A stretch of DNA of 5,608 nucleotides. Origin: Paraphysomonas bandaiensis (Eukaryota > Protista > Chrysophyceae). Below are positions 1 to 5,608 of the stretch, one piece after another; within the stretch, counting starts at the first letter, position 1, and each line of letters begins with the position of its first letter. The DNA is taken from NCBI GenBank assembly GCA_965644295.1, contig CBFFRP010000571.1, positions 1 to 5,608 on the forward strand, read 5' to 3'. The position numbers and the translations under genes are program-made. The notes below the pieces were generated by a model. The model worked only from the letters and a program-made list of their open reading frames with translations. It had not been told where the DNA came from and did not search any database.

Positions 1-2
1 AC

Positions 3-1028
3 AACACATGTGTAATGAACAAAGTAGCTGGCGGGCGAAAGTGTACAGTGGTGATATTCGTGGATGACATACTAGTCATGTCAAGCCACAAGGGCGACTA
101 CCTAGAGTTGCTTAAGAAACTGAAAGAGAAGTTCGGGGATGTAAAGCACGACGATGGGAAAGATCTGTCGTATCTCGGAATGCACATTAGAGCAGAGGGA
201 GATAAGGTGACAGTGTCCATGAGATCGTACATCGAGAATTTTCTACAAGAACACGGAGTGACAGGAACTGCTACATCACCTGCTACAGCTACTCTATTTA
301 AGAACACCATGGACAAACCCACTAATAAGAGTGATAGAAGGAAGTTTCACAAGATGGTGGCTCAGTTGCTGTACCTGGCCAAAAGGGTTAGACCAGACAT
401 ACTACTTGCAGTCGCTTACCTTAGCACGAGAGTCAAGAATCCGACGCATGCTGACATGGAGAAGCTTGGCAGGGTGACCCGCTATCTGAACGCAACTAAG
501 GGGCAGGACTTGTTGCTGTGCATTGGAAAGAATCTTACCGTTACTGGATACGTCGATGCAGCATTTGGGACTCATGAAGATGGAAAGGGTCATTCGGGGC
601 TGGTCGTAAAGGTGGGCGATGCAACAGTACTCTGCAAGTCGTCAAAACAGCGCATTGTGACACGTGACTCGACGGAATCAGAGTTGGTAGGTCTATCAGA
701 TATGTTAATGATGATCGTGCAATGTGCAGAATTCATAAAGGAACAAGGATACAGTATTGACGCACCTAGAGTGTTGCAAGACAATACCTCGACTCTATCT
801 CTTGTAACGAAAGGCAGAGGCAAATATCGTACAAAATACCTGCGTGTGAGGCGTGAATTCATCAAGGAAAGGGCAGATGAAGGAAGCATTCAATTGGAGT
901 ACTTACCCACAAAGATGATGCTGGCTGATGCATTGACGAAGCCCCTCCAAGGTACTCTGTACAAGTTTATGACATGTGGTATCGTGGGAAACAATACACA
1001 TGCCACAGGGGTGCGTAGAGCTAAATGA
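3..1028 (+). CDS. pol: Ty1/copia pol polyprotein, C-terminal part (reverse transcriptase + RNase H); 5'-truncated by window edge
   Basis: Frame is open from base 3 (NTCV-MNK...) to TGA at 1026-1028. It has the copia RT motifs IFVDDIL (YVDD box, here FVDD), YLGM and RPDILLAV, and the copia RNase H motifs GYVDAAF, SSKQRIVTRDSTESE, QDN, RTKYLRVR and MLADALTKPL. RNase H is last with no downstream integrase, which is the copia domain order. Confidence 0.96.
   Translation, partial: NTCVMNKVAGGRKCTVVIFVDDILVMSSHKGDYLELLKKLKEKFGDVKHDDGKDLSYLGMHIRAEGDKVTVSMRSYIENFLQEHGVTGTATSPATATLFKNTMDKPTNKSDRRKFHKMVAQLLYLAKRVRPDILLAVAYLSTRVKNPTHADMEKLGRVTRYLNATKGQDLLLCIGKNLTVTGYVDAAFGTHEDGKGHSGLVVKVGDATVLCKSSKQRIVTRDSTESELVGLSDMLMMIVQCAEFIKEQGYSIDAPRVLQDNTSTLSLVTKGRGKYRTKYLRVRREFIKERADEGSIQLEYLPTKMMLADALTKPLQGTLYKFMTCGIVGNNTHATGVRRAK
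1005..1013 (+). other. Polypurine-tract-like plus-strand primer site (ACAGGGGTG)
   Basis: Short purine-rich motif at the end of RNase H, directly before the left inverted repeat of the inferred LTR. Confidence 0.6.
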
Positions 1029-1365
1029 TGATTCGGTATAGAAGTCTTCGAGTGATGGAAATGAAAGTCAACGTGCACATTCGTTTTTGTTACAGTGATT
1101 ATGTTTTCAGTTATTGTACATGTGTGACTCTGTAGGATACGAGTGGAAGTGTACAGTAGAACATGATCAGCTGTAGTATTATTGTGTTGTAGGGAGACAC
1201 CATAATTTCCTATCACTAACGATTTCTGTAGAATCTGCAAAGAGACTTGTCTTTTGCCTACCTGTAGTGTAGTTTGAACGGAGGACAACGGGCGAACTGG
1301 ATCCGTGAGTGTTTGATCTGTAGTATCAGTGTTGTATTTTCGATCCAAGTACGTATTTCTCTACG
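1014..1365 (+). repeat. Putative 3' LTR (~352 bp), termini CGTAGAG...CTCTACG
   Basis: Perfect inverted repeat CGTAGAG (1014-1020) / CTCTACG (1359-1365), extendable to 8 bp with G1013/C1366. The left arm directly follows the PPT-like motif. The 5' LTR is not in the window, so the boundaries are inferred. Confidence 0.7.
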
Positions 1366-1477
1366 CCACCAGTGAAGGTATCTTTTTTTTGTTCTGTTGT
1401 TTGTGATAGCATCACAATAAAGTTAAGTCACATCTGCTGCATATACATATATATACACTTCACTTCTGTCGTCTGAT

Positions 1478-1576
1478 ATGTGGTGGTCTGATATTATTAG
1501 AGCTGCTCATGTGGGTGATATCAATGAAGTGAGGAGCTGCGTTACGAGGGGTGACAACATCAATAAACAAGATAAG
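1478..1576 (+). CDS. Exon 1, N-terminal capping ankyrin repeat (MWWSDIIRAAHVGDINEVRSCVTRGDNINKQDK)
   Basis: 33 codons from ATG; AAxxGD...V...G.NIN..D N-cap pattern; donor AAG|GTCAAC. Confidence 0.8.
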
Positions 1577-1784
1577 GTCAACCACACACACATACATACA
1601 TACATACATACATACATACATGTATATATGATTATTATTATTATTGTTTCATAGAGGGGATGGACAGCACTTCACGAGGCTGCCTCTAATGGTCACAGAG
1701 ATACAGCTGAGTATCTTATAAGAGCAGGAGCAGATATCAACATACGAGACAATGTAAGTAACCCCTCGATACATACATACATAC

Positions 1785-1815
<31 letters not shown>

Positions 1816-2132
1816 CATACATACATACATACATACATGCATGTATACATACATACATACATACATACATACATACAGAGTGTTATGAGGCTCATATGTG
1901 ATTATTATTATTGTTTTATAGGTTGGTTATACAGCTCTTCACAGGGCTGCCTCTAGAGGTCACAGAGATACAGCTGAGTATCTTATAAGAGAAGGAGCAG
2001 ATATCAACATACGAGACAATGTAAGTAACCCCTCCATACATACATACATACATACATACATACATACATACATACATACATACATACATACATACATACA
2101 TACATACATACATACATACATACATACATACA

Positions 2133-2166
<34 letters not shown>

Positions 2167-5013
2167 CATACATACATACATACATATATACATACATACA
2201 TACATATACATACACACATACATACATACATGCATACAATACATACATACATACATACATACATACATACATACATACATACATACATACATACATACAT
2301 ACATACATACATACATACATACATACATACATACATACATACATACATACATACATACATACATACATACATACATACATACATACATACATACATACAT
2401 ACATACATACATACATACATACATACATACATACATACATACATACATACATACATACATACATACATACATACATACATACATACATACATACATACAT
2501 ACATACATACATACATACAAACATACATACATACATACATACATACATACATACATACATACATACATACATACATACATACATACATACATACATACAG
2601 TGTTATGAGGACTCATATGTTATTATTGTTGTTGTTTTATAGGGTGGTCGTACAGCTCTTCACGAGGCTAGCTCTAATGGTCACAGAGATACAGCTGAGT
2701 ATCTTATAAGAGCAGGAGCAGATATCAACATACGAGACAATGTAAGTAACCCCTCGATATATACATACATATACATACATGTATATATGATTATTATTAT
2801 TATTGTTTTATAGGTTGGTTATACAGCTCTTCACAGGGCTGCCTCTAGAGGTCACAGAGATACAGCTGAGTATCTTATAAGAGAAGGAGCAGATATCAAC
2901 ATACGAGACAATGTAAGTAACCCCTCAATACATACATACATACATACATACATACATACATACATACATACATACATACATACATACATACATACATACA
3001 TACATACATACATAGAGTGTTGTGAGGTCTCATATGTGATTTTTACTATTGTTATTTAGGATGGTCTTACAGCTCTTCACTTGGCTGCCATTGGAGGTCG
3101 CGTATTTGTAGATGAGTATAGAAGAGCATATCGAATTCCAGGACACGAGGTAAGTAACCCCTCTATACATACATACATGCATACATACATACTACATTGA
3201 GTGTTATGAGGGCTCATATGTGATTCTTATTATTGTTTTCTAGGATGTTCTTACATCTCTTCACTTGGCTGCCATCGCCAACGTAGATCACAGAGGTATT
3301 GTAGCTGAGTATCTTATAAGAGAAACTCTCAGATGCATTGTAAGTAACCACTCCATACATACATACATACATACATGCATACATAGAGTGTTATGAGGCT
3401 CATATGTGATTATTGTTATTGTTTTATAGTGGGGTCGTACAGATCTTCACTATGCTGCCTCTCATGGTCACAGAGATATAGCTGAGTATCTTATAAGAGA
3501 AGGAGCAGATATCAATATACGAAACAATGTAAGTAACCCCTCCATATATACATACATACATACTTACATACATACATACTTACATACATACATACATACA
3601 TAGAGTGTTATGTGGCTCATATGTGATTGTTGTTATTGTTTTATAGGATGGTCGTACAGCTCTTCACTATGCTGCCTCTAGAGGTCACAGAGATACAGCT
3701 GACTATCTTATAAGAGCAGGAGCAGATATCACTATACGAGACAATGTAAGTAACCCCTCGATACATACATACATACATACATACATACATACATACATAC
3801 ATACATACATACATACATACATACATACATACAAACATACAAACATACATACATACATAGAGTGTCATGTGGCTCATATGTGATTGTTGTTAATGTTTTA
3901 TAGGATGGTTGTACTGCTCTTCACGAGGCTGCCTCTAATGGTCACAGAGATACAGCTGAGTATCTTATAAGAGCAGGAGCAGATATCAATATACGAGACA
4001 ATGTAAGTAACCCCTCTATACATACATACATACATACATACATACATACATACATACGTACATATACATGCATACATACATACATATTCTAGGGTATCTG
4101 ATTCTTACATAAGAACGGTTGTATCTAGTATTCGTAAGTAGTGTAGCTATGGGTTTAATGAACTGTGAAATTCGCTATGTACTGAAGAATTCAACCGTCT
4201 CGGGACTGCTTGTGCATTGCTGCAAGCACCTTGGTTCAACCGTCCCTTATTGGTGTTATTCTGGGGGTCTACCTTTGGGCAGTGTCTCTGGCGTTCCTGT
4301 GCCGCACGTTACTTGGGGAGTGGAGTGGGTGGCGTGTATGTGAGAGTTGAGATCAGTTACGGAAAGTCGGCTAGTTCCGGTGCTAGGGGTGCTGTCTATG
4401 ACAAGTAGCAGTTGTTTCCGTTGTGGATGTACAGGCCTGAACCGTGGGCGGGTTCGAGTGAGGTGTTTGGTTCTGGGAGTGGATGTTGCTCGGAGTAGCT
4501 ACATACATACATGCATACACACATGCATACATACATACAGTGTTATGAGGGCCCATATGTGATTATTATTATTGTTTTATAGGGTGGTTGGACAGCTCTT
4601 CACTGGGCTCTCATTAGAGGTCACAGAGATATAGCTGAGTATCTTATAAGAGCAGGAGCAAATATAACTGTACGAGACAATGTAAGTAACCCCTCTATAC
4701 ACGTACATACATAGAGTGTTATAAGCGCTCATGTATAAGTATGCATAATATTATATTTACTTCACTGACTCGTTAATTTAAACCTGATATGAATATGCGG
4801 TGACGCACTGTGTCACTACTTTTATGATGTTTGTTGTTGTTTTTGCAGGAGGGAAGGAGTCCTGTTGATGTGGCTAAAGATGATGCGATGCTTGATGTCA
4901 TCAGAAACACACTTGTGAGTATGTGTACTGTATGCTTCATCTTATTCACAGAACCAGAGATGTAACCTCATTGGAATCATTTGTGTACTGTATAGGCTGA
5001 GAGCCTAACTTAA
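1478..5013 (+). CDS. Spliced ankyrin-repeat protein gene, 13 exons, ~386 aa: join(1478-1576,1655-1753,1922-2020,2643-2741,2814-2912,3060-3149,3244-3339,3430-3528,3647-3745,3904-4002,4583-4681,4849-4914,4996-5013)
   Basis: All 12 introns are GT...AG and phase 0. The joined frame has no stop from ATG 1478 to TAA 5011-5013, and there is an in-frame upstream TAA at 1424-1426. Repeats read xGxTALHxAAxxGHRDTAEYLIRAGADINIRDN, matching the 33-aa ankyrin consensus. Confidence 0.9.
1655..1753 (+). CDS. Exon 2, ankyrin repeat (RGWTALHEAASNGHRDTAEYLIRAGADINIRDN)
   Basis: 99 nt; acceptor TTTCATAG; donor GTAAGT. Confidence 0.93.
1922..2020 (+). CDS. Exon 3, ankyrin repeat (VGYTALHRAASRGHRDTAEYLIREGADINIRDN)
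   Basis: 99 nt; TTTTATAG / GTAAGT. Confidence 0.93.
2035..2599 (+). repeat. (CATA)n tetranucleotide microsatellite, ~565 bp, few interruptions
   Basis: Read directly. Shorter tracts in the same orientation occur in introns 1-11 (e.g. ~1769-1877, ~2928-3014, ~3761-3859, ~4018-4086, ~4500-4539). Confidence 0.98.
2643..2741 (+). CDS. Exon 4, ankyrin repeat (GGRTALHEASSNGHRDTAEYLIRAGADINIRDN)
   Basis: 99 nt; TTTTATAG / GTAAGT. Confidence 0.93.
2814..2912 (+). CDS. Exon 5, ankyrin repeat, nucleotide-identical to exon 3
   Basis: 99 nt; TTTTATAG / GTAAGT. Confidence 0.93.
3060..3149 (+). CDS. Exon 6, divergent ankyrin repeat (DGLTALHLAAIGGRVFVDEYRRAYRIPGHE)
   Basis: 90 nt, open and phase 0; ATTTAG / GTAAGT; 5' half matches the consensus, 3' half is divergent. 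Confidence 0.75.
3244..3339 (+). CDS. Exon 7, divergent ankyrin repeat (DVLTSLHLAAIANVDHRGIVAEYLIRETLRCI)
   Basis: 96 nt, open and phase 0; TTTTCTAG / GTAAGT. Confidence 0.75.
3430..3528 (+). CDS. Exon 8, ankyrin repeat (WGRTDLHYAASHGHRDIAEYLIREGADINIRNN)
   Basis: 99 nt; TTTTATAG / GTAAGT. Confidence 0.92.
3647..3745 (+). CDS. Exon 9, ankyrin repeat (DGRTALHYAASRGHRDTADYLIRAGADITIRDN)
   Basis: 99 nt; TTTTATAG / GTAAGT. Confidence 0.93.
3904..4002 (+). CDS. Exon 10, ankyrin repeat (DGCTALHEAASNGHRDTAEYLIRAGADINIRDN)
   Basis: 99 nt; TTTTATAG / GTAAGT. Confidence 0.93.
4087..4499 (-). mobile_element. Insertion in the intron-10 CATA tract; probable 5'-truncated non-LTR retroelement fragment
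   Basis: Unique, more GC-rich sequence splitting the CATA tract and absent from sibling introns. The minus strand has an 80-codon open frame from the junction (4498) to TAA (4258-4256), then ~170 nt of non-coding sequence running into (TATG)n. The insertion itself is clear; its class is inferred. Confidence 0.55.
4583..4681 (+). CDS. Exon 11, ankyrin repeat (GGWTALHWALIRGHRDIAEYLIRAGANITVRDN)
   Basis: 99 nt; TTTTATAG / GTAAGT. Confidence 0.92.
4849..4914 (+). CDS. Exon 12, C-terminal capping ankyrin half-repeat (EGRSPVDVAKDDAMLDVIRNTL)
   Basis: 66 nt; strong acceptor TTTTTGCAG; donor GTGAGT; GxSPxDxA is the typical ankyrin C-cap pattern. Confidence 0.85.
4996..5013 (+). CDS. Exon 13, terminal coding exon (AESLT*)
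   Basis: Acceptor TGTATAG at 4989-4995 followed by an in-frame TAA. Short, so an alternative acceptor cannot be excluded. Confidence 0.55.
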   Translation, partial: AESLT

Positions 5014-5608
5014 CCAAGAGACCACGATGGATGACTTAGAGGTCAACGGAGTTTCCCACGATTATGTTGCATATTGACACCAGTGTACTCCACAACCCAT
5101 GATTGCACCCTTGGGTTCTACCCTCAGTTGAACTATCTTTACATGTATACACCTTACTCGTACGTCCATGTTCCCGAAATGGTTTTTTTATTGAGGAGGT
5201 ATTAGTTTCCATTGACTTACGTATATCTCTTAACTTGTGAATACAACAAAATAGTACAATGAAATATCAATTGACTGAATAATTACCAGACTATATAAGA
5301 TACGCGACTGTACATGATACGCTAATGTGTGATTGGTTTTAATGCTCTATTCAACGTGTCTAATGTGGAGTTTTATTATTATAATCAATCTTTACCATCT
5401 CTTGAGTTACATATACTTAATTAAGATAGTATCTGTGAGTTAGAATGTTCAATGAAATTGTTGTAAGGCACTAACAAGCCACAAGTTGGTAATAAACGAT
5501 AGTGTTATTAACTAGTTTTATCAGAGGTATACACAATGAGAGAGGGGGGGGGTCTCCGACCCTGCAACCGTGGTGTTATAGTGTATGTACTTACTATAAT
5601 ATATTATG

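Larger units (their letters stand above)
1..1365 (+). mobile_element. Ty1/copia LTR retrotransposon, 3' portion
   Basis: RT-RNase H ORF followed by a PPT-like motif and a non-coding segment bounded by short inverted repeats. Confidence 0.9.
1591..4734 (+). repeat. Tandem array of ten exon+intron units: [ATT/GTT-rich acceptor]-[ankyrin exon]-GTAAGTAACCCCTC-(CATA)n-GTGTTATGAGGCTCATATGTG
   Basis: All ten repeat exons are followed by GTAAGTAACC(C/A)CTC and then a CATA tract. Intron lengths are 78, 168, 622, 72, 147, 94, 90, 118, 158, 580 and 167, differing mainly by CATA copy number and one insertion. Confidence 0.95.

Noticed and set aside
98-1348. Minus-strand ORFs 98-322, 402-593, 590-889 and 890-1348
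   Set aside because: Antisense shadows of the copia pol and LTR with no recognisable motifs.
1378-1409. Possible tiny 5'-UTR intron (AAG|GTATCT...GATAG)
   Set aside because: Only 32 nt versus at least 72 nt for all other introns here; not supportable without transcripts.
1649-3877. ORF-track entries with MYVC or IHTY repeats (1649-1870, 1916-2596, 1960-2616, 2004-2588, 2230-2709, 3641-3877)
   Set aside because: These are translations of the stop-free (CATA)n/(TATG)n microsatellite plus antisense or off-frame exon sequence.
4119-4562. Plus-strand ORFs 4119-4343, 4217-4408 and 4347-4562
   Set aside because: Short, motif-less frames inside the intronic insertion; one runs into the microsatellite.
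1655-4681. CRISPR-like array (conserved repeats with variable spacers)
   Set aside because: The repeats are ~99-nt coding exons with splice sites, the spacers are microsatellite introns, and there are no cas genes in this eukaryotic context.
1-4681. Diversity-generating retroelement (RT next to near-identical repeats with variable codons)
   Set aside because: The RT is copia-type with RNase H and an LTR. No unit has adenines at all variable positions to serve as a template, and most framework adenines are invariant.
5491-5496. AATAAA as a polyadenylation signal for the ankyrin gene
   Set aside because: A single hexamer in AT-rich DNA ~480 bp after the stop codon; not distinguishable from chance.
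5538-5599. Purine run GAGAGAGGGGGGGGG and a short TTATAGT/ACTATAA inverted repeat near the window end
   Set aside because: No associated retroelement ORF or partner repeat in the window; short low-complexity matches are expected by chance.

Overview
Eukaryotic genomic DNA (GT-AG introns). Bases 1-1365 are the 3' end of a Ty1/copia LTR retrotransposon: an intact RT-RNase H frame, a PPT-like motif and a ~352-bp 3' LTR whose termini appear to be CG...CG rather than TG...CA. About 112 bp downstream begins a 13-exon ankyrin-repeat gene (1478-5013, + strand, ~386 aa) that the ORF track misses. It has an N-cap exon, ten tandem phase-0 exons each encoding one ankyrin repeat (eight of 99 nt, one of 90, one of 96), a C-cap exon and a short terminal exon. 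The repeat exons are almost identical in framework codons but hypervariable at the few codons forming the ankyrin binding surface. They are separated by homologous introns built around (CATA)n microsatellites. The architecture looks like a natural DARPin-like cassette array that could be diversified by exon shuffling or skipping; that role is inferred, not shown. Intron 10 carries a ~410-bp insertion resembling a 5'-truncated non-LTR retroelement in antisense.
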